From Candidatus Nomurabacteria bacterium (GTDB lineage Bacteria > Patescibacteriota > Minisyncoccia > Phycocordibacterales > UBA9973), in NCBI GenBank assembly GCA_023267215.1, contig JAHFNS010000001.1, positions 174,710 through 238,709 of the forward strand: DNA of 64,000 nucleotides, read 5' to 3'. Each line of letters starts with the position of its first letter. The stretch's first letter is position 1. Shown piece after piece: positions 45,239 through 55,296 of this stretch. The translations under genes were made by a program, and so were the position numbers. Below the pieces are notes generated by a model. The model saw only the letters and a list, made by a program, of their open reading frames with translations. It did no database searches and had not been told where the DNA came from.

Positions 45239-45727
45239 TTATCTTTCTTTATTTAAATTTTCATCAGAAATTCTTCTAATTGGTTTTTCAAGAATATTAA
45301 GAAAAATAAAAATCAAAAGTACTAAAATAGTTGATATAATTGCAAGATTAAAAAGTCCGAATCCAGCAGCCATACCAATGCCTGCAGTCACCCAAAGTCC
45401 ACCAGCGGTCGTAAGCCCCCTTGTACGAGAATCTCTGAACATTATCATACCAGCGCCAAGAAAGCCGATACCCACAATAATATTAGAAGCTATCATTACA
45501 GGATTAAAACCTGGTGTATTTATATATTTTTCTCCCATAGTCTCAGAAATCATTATAAAAAGAGCTGCTCCCATAGAAACAAGGGCATGAGTTTTCATTC
45601 CCGCTTCTTTATGTACCAAAAGACGTTCAACACCAATAAGCATTCCTAAAACTATCGCTACTATTAATTTTAAAAAAATATCACTATTTTGTATAAAAAA
45701 TTGTTCCATATAATAATCATACAACAA
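45239..45727 (-). CDS. MgtC/SapB-family membrane protein
   Basis: 162 aa; LIVAIVLGMLIGVERLLVHKEAGMKTHALVSMGAALFIM MgtC signature. Confidence 0.75.
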   Translation of the reverse strand: MLYDYYMEQFFIQNSDIFLKLIVAIVLGMLIGVERLLVHKEAGMKTHALVSMGAALFIMISETMGEKYINTPGFNPVMIASNIIVGIGFLGAGMIMFRDSRTRGLTTAGGLWVTAGIGMAAGFGLFNLAIISTILVLLIFIFLNILEKPIRRISDENLNKER

Positions 45728-46910
45728 TTCCTCCGCCTAAACAAACATCTTTATCATATATGACACAAGATTGCCCAGAGGCCACCAATATAGGTTTTTT
45801 AAATATAACCTCTGCGGAAGCCTTGCTTCCGCAAATTACATTACAGGTCAAAAATTCACTATGATAACGAATTTGAGCTGTGTAAGTTTTATCTTGTTTA
45901 GGAGTAGTAAAGATCCAATTTATATTACTTATTTTAATTTCTTCCCCTCCTTGATGAGGAGGGGTGCCCTTTAGGGTGGGGTGGTGCTTTTTAGAATTAC
46001 CACCCCCTGCCCCCTCCTCCACGAGGAGGGGGTTAAGATTTTTGTCTTGCGACACATATAAAATATTTTTCTTTATATCTTTACCAACTATATAATAGGC
46101 TCCATCATTAGGACTTTTTTTAATAATAGTAAAACCATGACGTTCTCCTAAAGTATGGAAAACTACTCCATCGTGATATCCAATTTCTTCTCCTTTTTCA
46201 TTCCCCGCCTCTGACGGGGCAAGCAAAACTTTTCCCTTTTTTTCTTTAATATAATGTTTCAAAAAATCTTTCAAATCTACAGCCCCTAGAAAGCAAATAC
46301 CCTGGCTATCTTTTTTAAGAGCGACTGGCAATTTGAATTTTTTAGCAAGCTTGCGGACTTCTGTTTTTTTTAGATGACCTATAGGAAATAAAATTCTACT
46401 TAATTGCTCTTGCTTCAATGTCCACAAAAAATATGATTGATCTTTTGAAGGGTCAATGCCTTTTCTTAAATTTTTGGAAAAAGTCGGCCCTTTTTGAATT
46501 CTTAAGGGCCGGCCTTCTCCAAAAATTTGTGCATAATGCCCTGTTGCGATGTAGTCAGCTCCCATAGCAATTGCTTTTTTAAGAAAAGCCCCAAATTTCA
46601 CTTCTTTATTACACATCACATCAGGATTCGGCGTTCTCCCTCTCTTATATTCGGCAATCATATAGTCTGCAACTTCTTTTTTATACACGTCACTCAAATC
46701 AAAAGTAAGAAATGGAATATCCAAAAAAGCTGCGACGCGCATAGCGTCCAGGCGTTCTTCTTCTTCATTACATTCCAAGAAATCCGGATGCCAAGTACGT
46801 ATAAAAACCCCGACTACGTCATAGCCTTGTTTTTTTAATAATGCTGCACTTACAGCAGAATCAACACCACCAGATAAACCAACAAATACTACTTTTTTAT
46901 TCTTTTTCAT
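45717..46910 (-). CDS. mnmA: tRNA-specific 2-thiouridylase MnmA
   Basis: 397 aa; PP-loop VGLSGGVDSAVSA; conserved catalytic Cys; carries an ~85-nt GC-rich in-frame insertion encoding EEGAGGGNSKKHHPTLKGTPPHQGGEE. Confidence 0.85.
   Translation of the reverse strand: MKKNKKVVFVGLSGGVDSAVSAALLKKQGYDVVGVFIRTWHPDFLECNEEEERLDAMRVAAFLDIPFLTFDLSDVYKKEVADYMIAEYKRGRTPNPDVMCNKEVKFGAFLKKAIAMGADYIATGHYAQIFGEGRPLRIQKGPTFSKNLRKGIDPSKDQSYFLWTLKQEQLSRILFPIGHLKKTEVRKLAKKFKLPVALKKDSQGICFLGAVDLKDFLKHYIKEKKGKVLLAPSEAGNEKGEEIGYHDGVVFHTLGERHGFTIIKKSPNDGAYYIVGKDIKKNILYVSQDKNLNPLLVEEGAGGGNSKKHHPTLKGTPPHQGGEEIKISNINWIFTTPKQDKTYTAQIRYHSEFLTCNVICGSKASAEVIFKKPILVASGQSCVIYDKDVCLGGGIVV
45944..46032. repeat. Composite GC-rich palindromic element (CCCCTCCTTGATGAGGAGGGG ... 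GGTGG..CCACC ... CCCCCTCCTCCACGAGGAGGGGG), in frame inside mnmA
   Basis: Two hairpins related to the family 1 core plus a third stem; strongly GC-rich against the surrounding coding sequence. Confidence 0.6.
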
Positions 46911-46914
46911 AAAA

Positions 46915-47757
46915 CTATCTAATTCCTATAAACTTTTTTATCACTTCATCAAGTTTTTCAAAATTTTCTCTCTTAAAACTATGTTCTTCACTAAGTAATA
47001 TACTTATTTGATGATTGTTCTCAATGGCAAAATTTACATAGTCTCTTCTTGGAAAAATCATATCTTTTTCACCACAAATAAATAAGATATCCTTGTCCAT
47101 TAATTTATATTTATGTGCAACTACATGTGTTGATTTCATATTACCAAATATATCGTATCCGGCTTTTGCATATTTTGAGACAATTTTACCCCAATCTTTT
47201 ATTTTTAAATTATTTTGTAAAACCTTTCTTGGTCTCTTCTTTGGAATCCAAAAAGAACATAACCATGACAATATAATACTTTTTGTTATAACCCGACTAA
47301 AAAAAGCAAAAACATAGCCCATCTTTTTATCAAAACCTGCTGGAGTAACTAAAATTATTTTTTCAAAATTATTTTTATAATCATTATACAGATAAGCCAA
47401 TGGTATTGCAGACATTGATTTAGCAATAATATAAAATTTATCTTCCAAAATTTGATTCTTAATTAAATTATCAATTACTACACTCAAATAACTTGCCATA
47501 TATCTTGCATCGTATGTATCTTCTTCTCTAAATAATTTAGTTGCTTTTCCATGCCCTAACCAATCGATAGCACACAAACGTTCATTGGGAATATCTACAG
47601 CCATTCTTTCATAAAATTCATATGCATCTGATCCTAATCCATGAAGTAAAAGAATATCTTTCTTGATTTTCGTATTATCCTTACAAACCCCAACATCAAC
47701 GTTAAGTCCTTTAAAATCAATCTTCATTAAAAAACATTCAAATTTTGAATTTAACAT
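46915..47757 (-). CDS. Alpha/beta-hydrolase-fold protein
   Basis: 280 aa; LLLHGLGSD motif; nucleophile elbow IIAKSMSA. Confidence 0.6.
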   Translation of the reverse strand: MLNSKFECFLMKIDFKGLNVDVGVCKDNTKIKKDILLLHGLGSDAYEFYERMAVDIPNERLCAIDWLGHGKATKLFREEDTYDARYMASYLSVVIDNLIKNQILEDKFYIIAKSMSAIPLAYLYNDYKNNFEKIILVTPAGFDKKMGYVFAFFSRVITKSIILSWLCSFWIPKKRPRKVLQNNLKIKDWGKIVSKYAKAGYDIFGNMKSTHVVAHKYKLMDKDILFICGEKDMIFPRRDYVNFAIENNHQISILLSEEHSFKRENFEKLDEVIKKFIGIR

Positions 47758-47766
47758 TATATTAAT

Positions 47767-48294
47767 TTACAGTTTCATTAGCTTTTTGTAAAGCTCATAT
47801 GTCGCATAAGCGTCTGATAAGGCACTATGGGGACGTTCATTTTTTATATCAAAAAGCTTGCACATATCACGCAAAGAAAAATGTTTGAAATTTGGTTTTT
47901 TGTGAAATTTCGCCCAAGCAATAGAGATAGTATCTAATTTATGGTAATGCATGGTATTTTTCCATTTATTTTTAGCAAAAGCATATTCCAAAAATCCATA
48001 ATCAAAAGAAACGTTTTGCCCAACCATAATACAATCTTTTACTTTTTTGGCTAAAATCTGTATCGCCTCTTCTAAATTAGAAGCTTGATTCCAATCTTTT
48101 TTATTATAATGATTTATTTTTAAAGCCACAGGGTCTGCGTTTTTTATATGTTTTGGTTTTATTTTTAATTCAAATTTCTCAATAACTCTGAGTTTTGGTG
48201 TTGTTATCACGCAACCAATCTCAATAATTTCATGTCTAGTGAAATCAAGTCCCGTAGTTTCTATATCTATAAAAGCTAAATTGTGTTTTCGCAT
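47767..48294 (-). CDS. DEDDh 3'-5' exonuclease (DnaQ/epsilon-like)
   Basis: 175 aa; Exo I FIDIETTGLD, Exo II GQNVSFDYGFL, Exo III HSALSDAYAT. Confidence 0.8.
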   Translation of the reverse strand: MRKHNLAFIDIETTGLDFTRHEIIEIGCVITTPKLRVIEKFELKIKPKHIKNADPVALKINHYNKKDWNQASNLEEAIQILAKKVKDCIMVGQNVSFDYGFLEYAFAKNKWKNTMHYHKLDTISIAWAKFHKKPNFKHFSLRDMCKLFDIKNERPHSALSDAYATYELYKKLMKL

Positions 48295-48311
48295 ATAATT
48301 TATAAAATCTA

Positions 48312-48396
48312 AAATAGTACTTTTTTCGACATACGCTACTGTAAGATACTTAATGACGTCAGGTTCGTGTGCGAGTCGTGAAAAAGTAGCTATTTT
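48312..48396. repeat. ~85-nt intergenic element, copy B
   Basis: See copy A at 34928..35012; located upstream of the exonuclease gene on the minus strand. Confidence 0.55.
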
Positions 48397-48406
48397 GAAT
48401 TTTATA

Positions 48407-49291
48407 TTAATTTTTTAAATATCTCTGTTTGTTTAATAAATGCTCTGCAAAAGTCTTCGCATAATGAATATTACCATCTTTATCATGTAAATAATAAAGA
48501 TAAGGTGAACTTACAGGATTTATAGCAGCTTCAATAGCTTTTATACCCGGATTAGAAATAGGATTTTCTGGTAATCCTTTCATTTTATAAGTGATAGAAG
48601 CGGCATCTACTTGTAAAGGCATACCCATAGCTATTCTTTTCCATAAAATTCCCGAGATAAATTTTCTATCTGTGTCTCCTTTTGATTCTTCTTCTATAAG
48701 AGAAGCCATAATAATGATATCTTTTTCAGATTTGCCAGATGACATAATCTGAGATTTTAAAATTGAGATTTTCTTTTCAAAATTATTACCCATAGCAGAC
48801 AAAACATCTTGTTCTCCATCAGTAGTTAAGAAAAAATATGTATCAGGAAAAAGATATCCCTCTTTTGCTTTTGCTAAAAAATTATCTTGATTAAAATTTG
48901 GTAATTTAGAAATAAAAGTTTTAGAAATATCGGATAAATTAAAACCTTCTGGAATCGTTACTTTTACTGGAGCCAAATGTCTTTCACCTTTTGCTAAACG
49001 TTTAGCAATTTCTATAACGGACAATTTATCTTCAAACAGATAGTCTCCAGAAATTATATGTTTCTCTCCGCCAAAAATTATAGCAAAAATCTCAAATAAG
49101 GCACGAGAATGAATAAGATTTTTTGTTTTTAAATCTTTAGAAATAGATCTTAAACTTGTTCCTTCTTTTATGCTTATAATCGTTCCCAAAGGAAAATCTT
49201 TTGGAGAATTAAAAAATAAAGAAAAAACTAATAAAAAAAGCACAATCAAACAAACTATATAGACAGTTTTAGATGAAGAAAAATTTAACAT
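48407..49291 (-). CDS. mltG: Endolytic murein transglycosylase MltG (YceG-like)
   Basis: 294 aa; N-terminal TM segment; YLFPDTYFF and GILWKRIAMGMPLQVDA YceG motifs. Confidence 0.8.
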   Translation of the reverse strand: MLNFSSSKTVYIVCLIVLFLLVFSLFFNSPKDFPLGTIISIKEGTSLRSISKDLKTKNLIHSRALFEIFAIIFGGEKHIISGDYLFEDKLSVIEIAKRLAKGERHLAPVKVTIPEGFNLSDISKTFISKLPNFNQDNFLAKAKEGYLFPDTYFFLTTDGEQDVLSAMGNNFEKKISILKSQIMSSGKSEKDIIIMASLIEEESKGDTDRKFISGILWKRIAMGMPLQVDAASITYKMKGLPENPISNPGIKAIEAAINPVSSPYLYYLHDKDGNIHYAKTFAEHLLNKQRYLKN

Positions 49292-49294
49292 AAG

Positions 49295-50590
49295 CTATGT
49301 AGGTAAATTTGTAGGTGGAGAAGCTTCTTTTGATTCGATACGTTCCAAAGAAGGAACTTTCAATATTTGACCTGGAAAATGCCATAAAGTAGCCAGCTCT
49401 TCAGTGTTTAAAATCATTATATGGTGATGAAAAAAGTTTGGAAATATCAAAGGAGAAAGAGGCCAAGGTAACTGAATTTTATGTCTCATTGGTGGATGGA
49501 AGAATTCTCTTTCTTGATACTCTTGCAACATTCTGTTTGATAAACGCATAATCTTTTTACTAGAAAGTGGGAAAAATCCAGAAATAAAGTTGGGACTCAT
49601 GGCATCTGCTTGTGTAGGGTTGATACGCCAAAGTTCGTTTATGAAAGGCTGAGCATATTGTCTAAAAATAAGACGAATATTTCTTCTATTGTTTATATTA
49701 AACAATTCTCTTTTTGCAACATAACAAACTCTAATACCGGTTTCAAAACCAACTTTCAACATTTTTCTGCCAGCCCCTTCCATCATTGGTCTCATAAAAT
49801 CAGGAGAACGAACTTCTTTCGAGTATGTCCCATCTGGTCTTTCTCGAGCACCAGTAAACTCTTCTAAGGCTTTTAAAATCACCTCTCTTCCTTCTTCTAC
49901 CCAATCATGAGTGCCAAACCAAGTTCCTTTTGTTTTATATTTTTTCTGTGAAGGAGTAACAACTATTTGCATCCACATTTGTTCTCCTTTCCCCATTGAA
50001 CCAAAAAGTTCAACCACTGGAGAAATAGGGTCAACTTTAAATTCTTCTTTCGGATCTTTGTCCAGCCCGAAATCAACATAAGTTTTAATCGGAAAAACAT
50101 CCGGCTTTAATAATTTAAACTCGCAACCCCATAAACTATATTCACTATTTACACTAATTTTATCAACGGCTAAAGTATAATCTTCCACTTCTTTTACTTG
50201 TGCTTGAGGATATTGTGCATACATCTGAGTTTCTATTAAACCTTTTACACGAGAAGGTGTACGAATATAAAAATGAACTTGTCCTTCAATAGAGGCTATC
50301 TCTAGTGAGAACCAAAACCAGACAGCCCCTTGCCAGTATGTCTCAAGCCCACTTTTTTGGCTCCAGTGATATAAGGCATTGGTTATAAAAAGTTCCATTG
50401 CTTTCGGAGACCTCAAAACATCTCGTGGAGGGACAATTTCAAGTAAAACCCACTCGATACCAGAAATAAAATTGGCCTGCACATAATGCAACCAAAATTG
50501 ATGAGCAATATAAACTAAAAGTGCTGTACCCAAAAAAGGTAAAATACCTAAAATTATTTTATAAATCCAAAGGATGATTAAATCTGCCAT
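49295..50590 (-). CDS. Hypothetical protein with N-terminal TM segments
   Basis: 431-aa ORF; no P-loop or other catalytic motif recognised. Confidence 0.5.
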   Translation of the reverse strand: MADLIILWIYKIILGILPFLGTALLVYIAHQFWLHYVQANFISGIEWVLLEIVPPRDVLRSPKAMELFITNALYHWSQKSGLETYWQGAVWFWFSLEIASIEGQVHFYIRTPSRVKGLIETQMYAQYPQAQVKEVEDYTLAVDKISVNSEYSLWGCEFKLLKPDVFPIKTYVDFGLDKDPKEEFKVDPISPVVELFGSMGKGEQMWMQIVVTPSQKKYKTKGTWFGTHDWVEEGREVILKALEEFTGARERPDGTYSKEVRSPDFMRPMMEGAGRKMLKVGFETGIRVCYVAKRELFNINNRRNIRLIFRQYAQPFINELWRINPTQADAMSPNFISGFFPLSSKKIMRLSNRMLQEYQEREFFHPPMRHKIQLPWPLSPLIFPNFFHHHIMILNTEELATLWHFPGQILKVPSLERIESKEASPPTNLPT

Positions 50591-50632
50591 TAGTTATATT
50601 TTAATATAAAAAAGAAAATAAAGAAAGAAAAT

Positions 50633-50675
50633 ACCCCTAAGCTCCGCTTAGGGGTTCCAGAAGCCCAGCTTATTT
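50633..50675. repeat. CCCCTAAGC-TCCG-CTTAGGGG palindrome plus an AGAAGCCCAGCTTA fragment (CCTAAGC family)
   Basis: Perfect 9-bp stem; the adjacent half-copy matches the arms of the 39254 and 41021 copies. Confidence 0.55.
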
Positions 50676-51702
50676 ACACCAAAGCATAAAGCCCATTCTT
50701 GTTTTTCTTAAAGAATTTAGGATTTACAAGATTGACTAAAATAGTATTCTTCTTAAAATATCTTTCTTTCATTACTCTTTCTACTATATCTTCTTTTGAG
50801 AGTGGACCTTCTTTTTTTAAGATATCTTTTATGACTTCTCTGGCAATACCAGTCTTGTATCCCCATTCAGCTAACGCATAAAGCCCACGACCGACAAGTA
50901 CAAATCTAGAATCTTTGATAAGTTCATTGTGGCAAGTGGCATAATGAGTCTTCTTGCCAAAAGTCTTAGAAATAGCATCCGCTACTTCTCTAAAATGCAT
51001 TGGAGAACCGTGACGTCTCATTACTAGAAAAGCATAATCTTTCACTCCGCGAGTACGAACATTTGGTGAGCTTAATTTACCCCATTCCCCTAATGGATTT
51101 TTAGAAATTGTTTTAGATATAGAAAGCCATCTCTTTGCTATTTCATCATTTTTATATTGTTCTGACACATCTTTCATTTGGTCAAAAAACTTTTTAATCA
51201 TTTCTGCTTCCAAGACAAGATCTTCATCTTTTAAAGATGAATAGAGTTTTTTTAGAGAATCATGAACTTTTTCTGCCATTTCATCATCTACGCTCCAACG
51301 AGTCTTAAAATGATCATCTTCACGATGTTTCTTAAAATAATCTCCCAATTCTAGATAAAAATGAATATGATTTTGAGTATTTTTATCTTTGGAAATATGA
51401 GCTAAAAGATCATGTTCGGCAACAATTGAACCTAAAGAATGTATAACTTGTTTAAGTTCTTCAAAAATTACTTGCTCTTCTTTATAAGCAGCAGATTTTT
51501 TTATCAAAGCGAGTGCAGCATCTTCAATCTGACGAACACGCTCTCTGGTGATGTTGTATTTCTTGCCTATTTCTTCTAAAGTCTTCCTCTCGGCGTCAGC
51601 TGTCAAACCAAAACGATTCATAATGACATCGCGAGTACGGTCTTGAAGATGTGAAGTTATTTTTTTAGTGACTTGTTTTGGTTTAAAAGATATTATTGCC
51701 AT
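50674..51702 (-). CDS. Protein with a sigma-70 region-4-like HTH followed by a ~250-aa uncharacterised C-terminal domain
   Basis: 342 aa; DVIMNRFGL...TLEEIGKKYNITRERVRQIEDAAL matches sigma-70 region 4.2; no region 2 visible. Confidence 0.55.
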   Translation of the reverse strand: MAIISFKPKQVTKKITSHLQDRTRDVIMNRFGLTADAERKTLEEIGKKYNITRERVRQIEDAALALIKKSAAYKEEQVIFEELKQVIHSLGSIVAEHDLLAHISKDKNTQNHIHFYLELGDYFKKHREDDHFKTRWSVDDEMAEKVHDSLKKLYSSLKDEDLVLEAEMIKKFFDQMKDVSEQYKNDEIAKRWLSISKTISKNPLGEWGKLSSPNVRTRGVKDYAFLVMRRHGSPMHFREVADAISKTFGKKTHYATCHNELIKDSRFVLVGRGLYALAEWGYKTGIAREVIKDILKKEGPLSKEDIVERVMKERYFKKNTILVNLVNPKFFKKNKNGLYALV

Positions 51703-51771
51703 AATTTTTTTATTAATTAAATTTAATACTTTTATAATACACCTATGTCAACTTAATGTCAAATCTCCCAA

Positions 51772-53586
51772 CTACTTTTTTCTTAATGCTCTCGCTCGAT
51801 CTATCTCAGTAAGATATTTTTTACGAATTCGGACTGATTTCGGAGTGATTTCTAAATATTCATCTCCATTCATAACCTCAAGGCCTCGTTCAATACTCAA
51901 GGTAAATACAGGATTTAAATAAATTGCTTCATCAGTACCTGAAGCTCTCATGTTTGTAAGCTGTTTACCTTTGGTAGGATTTACTGACATATCGTCTCCT
52001 TTTAAGACATTACCAATAACCATACCTTCATATACCTCTGTACCGTGATCAACATACATTATACCACGTTCTTGTAAATTTGCAAGAGAAAAAGTTACAG
52101 CTTTACCAGGGACCATAGAAACCATAGAACCATACTCTCTCCTTTTTATTTCCCCTGCATACTCCTTAAAGCCTATAACCCTAGAAGACATTATGCCTTC
52201 CCCTTTTGTATCTATAATAAATTCTCCACGGTATCCTAATAATCCACGTGTTGGTATGTCAAAAACGATTCTCGCAACACCATGCTTCTCTGACATGTCT
52301 TTCATTAAACCTCTTCTTTTATTAATTTTTTCTATAACTCCTCCAGAAGACTCCATCGGTACATCTATCACTAATTCTTCATACGGCTCTGTCATCACGC
52401 CATCTTGTTCTTTAATAATAACTTCTGGTTGAGAAACCTGCATTTCAAATCCTTCTCTACGCATGTTTTCCAATAAAATAGCAATATGAAGCTCTCCTCT
52501 TCCGTAAATTTTAAAGAAACTAGGTCCCATTTTATCGCCTTGATCTGGAGAAAAATCAACTTTTAATCCGACATTTATTTCAAGTTCTTTTTCCAATCTC
52601 TCTTTGATTTGTCGAGAAGTGACAAATTTACCTTCGCGGCCAGCAAATGGAGAATCATTCACCAAAAAATTTAAAGATAAAGTCGGTTCGTCAATCGCGA
52701 TATGCGGGAGTTGCTCTACACTTTCATCTTCACAAATAGTTTCTCCAATATAAATATCTGGAATACCAGACAAAAGTACAATATCACCAGAAGTCGCTTC
52801 TCTCACCTCTTTTCTATTTATTCCTTCAAAACCGAAAAGCTTGGTTATCTTACCTACTCTCGTGCTAGCTTGTTCTCCTTTTATAAAAACCTGGCTTCCT
52901 GAAATCATTTTGCCAGAATAAATTCTAGCGACAGCCATACGTCCTAAAAAATTGTCATAGCCTAAGTTGAAAACTTGAGCAGACATTTTCCCCTCTGCGT
53001 TTAAAGAAGCTGGTGACACATGTTCTAGTATCATATCTAATAATGGAGACAAATCTTCACTTTTATCTCTATCCTCTAATTTTCTAAAAGCTTTTCCTTC
53101 ACGTCCTATAGCATATACTGTCTCGAAATTTGCTTGGTCATCATTTGCACCCAATTCAAAAAACAATTCTAAAACTTCTTCATGCACTCTATGCGGATCT
53201 GAAGCAGGTTTATCTATCTTATTTATAACTACAATAGGCTTGATACCAAGTTCAAGAGATTTCTTCAAAACAAATCTAGTCTGTGGCATTGGTCCTTCTA
53301 CGGCATCCACAAGCAATAAAACTGAATCTACGGCTCTTAGCACACGTTCTACTTCTGAACCGAAATCTGCGTGGCCAGGAGTATCTACAATATTTATTTT
53401 CGTACCCTTATACATTATAGAGGTATTTTTGGAATAAATAGTAATACCTCGCTCTTTTTCTAGAGCGTTTGAATCCATTGATATATTTTCATCTTGAAGC
53501 CCTCCGTTTTGTTTCATCAAGGCATCCGTCAGAGTCGTCTTGCCATGGTCCACGTGGGCGATGATTGCGATATTGCGTATTTCCAT
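51772..53586 (-). CDS. typA: Translational GTPase TypA/BipA
   Basis: 604 aa; [14 protein letters not shown] and DTPGHADF G motifs; EF-G-like domains; BipA C-terminal domain. Confidence 0.9.
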   Translation of the reverse strand: MEIRNIAIIAHVDHGKTTLTDALMKQNGGLQDENISMDSNALEKERGITIYSKNTSIMYKGTKINIVDTPGHADFGSEVERVLRAVDSVLLLVDAVEGPMPQTRFVLKKSLELGIKPIVVINKIDKPASDPHRVHEEVLELFFELGANDDQANFETVYAIGREGKAFRKLEDRDKSEDLSPLLDMILEHVSPASLNAEGKMSAQVFNLGYDNFLGRMAVARIYSGKMISGSQVFIKGEQASTRVGKITKLFGFEGINRKEVREATSGDIVLLSGIPDIYIGETICEDESVEQLPHIAIDEPTLSLNFLVNDSPFAGREGKFVTSRQIKERLEKELEINVGLKVDFSPDQGDKMGPSFFKIYGRGELHIAILLENMRREGFEMQVSQPEVIIKEQDGVMTEPYEELVIDVPMESSGGVIEKINKRRGLMKDMSEKHGVARIVFDIPTRGLLGYRGEFIIDTKGEGIMSSRVIGFKEYAGEIKRREYGSMVSMVPGKAVTFSLANLQERGIMYVDHGTEVYEGMVIGNVLKGDDMSVNPTKGKQLTNMRASGTDEAIYLNPVFTLSIERGLEVMNGDEYLEITPKSVRIRKKYLTEIDRARALRKK

Positions 53587-53718
53587 ACAATAATTCTTTT
53601 GTAAACGAAAAAAGCCCTTGGGCTCTCATTCGATTAAATATATAATAGCATACTTTTTAAAAAATAACAAATAAAATAATAAAAGGAGTGCGTTTTTCAT
53701 TGCACTCCTTTAAACATT

Positions 53719-54183
53719 TTACTCTTTACAAACTATCACCCCGACCCTTGACTCAGAACGGTCTAAGGGGAAAGGTTTTTTTGATAAAAAAATTTGCTGT
53801 TTAGAATTTAAAATTGCTTCCAATTCAGAAGCAAAATCTTCCAAGTTTATTAATCTTTTCTCTACTAAAATCTCTGGCTCAGCAAAGTATTCAATCGCCT
53901 TTACCATAGATATTCTCTGCTGATCCTTGTCAATGAAGCAAGCAATTATAGAAATACTATTGTTCCGATCATGAATATTTTTAAATAATTTTTGGATATC
54001 GGTGTTTGAAAGTTCAATATCAAAAATTACTGCAAAATAATTCGTCCCGTCCCATATTTCCTCTAACGCCTGTTGTCCTGAGGAAACAATTATAAACTTG
54101 TAACCCCATTTGTTTAGATAATTACTAAGTAGTTTGGAAGTTAAGTAATCATCTTCAATAATTAGAATTTTTTTACTAAACAT
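53719..54183 (-). CDS. Receiver-domain (CheY-like) protein
   Basis: 154 aa; KKILIIEDD... N terminus and an acidic pocket; no output domain. Confidence 0.5.
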   Translation of the reverse strand: MFSKKILIIEDDYLTSKLLSNYLNKWGYKFIIVSSGQQALEEIWDGTNYFAVIFDIELSNTDIQKLFKNIHDRNNSISIIACFIDKDQQRISMVKAIEYFAEPEILVEKRLINLEDFASELEAILNSKQQIFLSKKPFPLDRSESRVGVIVCKE

Positions 54184-54228
54184 ATGTCCTCCTTTTAAGT
54201 CAACAACTTATTTCTTAATAAAGAATAA

Positions 54229-54462
54229 TTAATTACATTGAGCTTTGATTAATTTAATGCCTTCATCAGAATACCTGCAAAGAATGACTTTGCCCTGTTT
54301 TTCTGAATCTTTTCTTGCTTCCTTTATCCTTGTTTCTAAAGAATTGATTATTTGATCATCTACTTCCTGATCAGGACAAAAATCAATTTCTTCATCCCCA
54401 AAGTTCATATTACTACAGAAGTCAAAAATTCTTTGAAGAGATGTATAAACAATGGTAGCCAT
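54229..54462 (-). CDS. Hypothetical small protein
   Basis: 77-aa ORF, no motif; weak support. Confidence 0.3.
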   Translation of the reverse strand: MATIVYTSLQRIFDFCSNMNFGDEEIDFCPDQEVDDQIINSLETRIKEARKDSEKQGKVILCRYSDEGIKLIKAQCN

Positions 54463-54547
54463 TGTGCCTCCGATTTAATTGTAAAAATAACTAAATTTAT
54501 TTACCTAAAAGATTACAACTTTATAGAAAAAAGTCAATGCGTGGATT

Positions 54548-55033
54548 TTAAGAAAAAACATTGTGAGATTTTATGTAACGATACTCGTGAATCGTTAAAG
54601 AGATGATGACTACATCAAGAATTGTGAGCAATAGCAATGGAATTGAAAAGGTATGGAAATAACGATAAATTTCATAAATAATAAATAGGCTGAAAACTAC
54701 GATGGAAACGGGATAAGCCAAAAGCTTTCTTCTTAGTAGTCCGACTACCAATAAAAGCTTGATGACACCATGAGTAAGTAAATAAAAAGCTAAAAGATAT
54801 TTTGTATGAATAGAAAAATTATTAATTATAGTCATAAAATAATTCGCAAAGAAGTCTCTAGGATCTTCTAAGAGCTCACCATGAGAAAGAAATGCGACGA
54901 CAGAAACGATAAAAGTTTTCGTCACAAAAAAAGCGATAATTCCTGTAACAATTTCGAGAAAAGCATACACCCCCTTCACGACGACGATCACTTCAAATAT
55001 AGAATGAATTTTTTTTTCGCTGATCTTTTTCAC
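54548..55033 (-). CDS. Hypothetical 4-TM membrane protein
   Basis: 161 aa with four hydrophobic helices. Confidence 0.5.
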   Translation of the reverse strand: MKKISEKKIHSIFEVIVVVKGVYAFLEIVTGIIAFFVTKTFIVSVVAFLSHGELLEDPRDFFANYFMTIINNFSIHTKYLLAFYLLTHGVIKLLLVVGLLRRKLLAYPVSIVVFSLFIIYEIYRYFHTFSIPLLLLTILDVVIISLTIHEYRYIKSHNVFS

Positions 55034-55059
55034 ATATTAATGATAGCACAAATTAATTG

Positions 55060-55142
55060 TGCGCCGGGTAGGATTCGAACCTACGTAGCCCGAAGGCGAC
55101 AGATTTACAGTCTGTTGTAATTGACCACTCTACCACCGACGC
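55060..55142 (-). tRNA. tRNA-Tyr (anticodon GTA), long variable arm, no encoded CCA
   Basis: Manual fold: acceptor GCGTCGG/CCGGCGC with one G-U pair, anticodon loop CTGTAAA, variable arm TCGCCTTCGGGCTACG, T-loop GGTTCGAATCC. Confidence 0.85.
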
Positions 55143-55296
55143 ATTAGTATAAATTAACATAAAATAACTTTTTTTGCATCTTATTTATTCTCACTTTACA
55201 TTCATTGATTAATCCTATATGAAGTGGTATCCTTACCATAAATAGATTTAGTCTCTGTTTAAAAAACAATTTGACAATAAAATCTCGGAGGTAAAA

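Noticed and set aside
49295-50590. 431-aa protein as a third VirD4/HerA-like ATPase
   Set aside because: No Walker A or B motifs are present. It has only N-terminal hydrophobic segments, so it is left as hypothetical.
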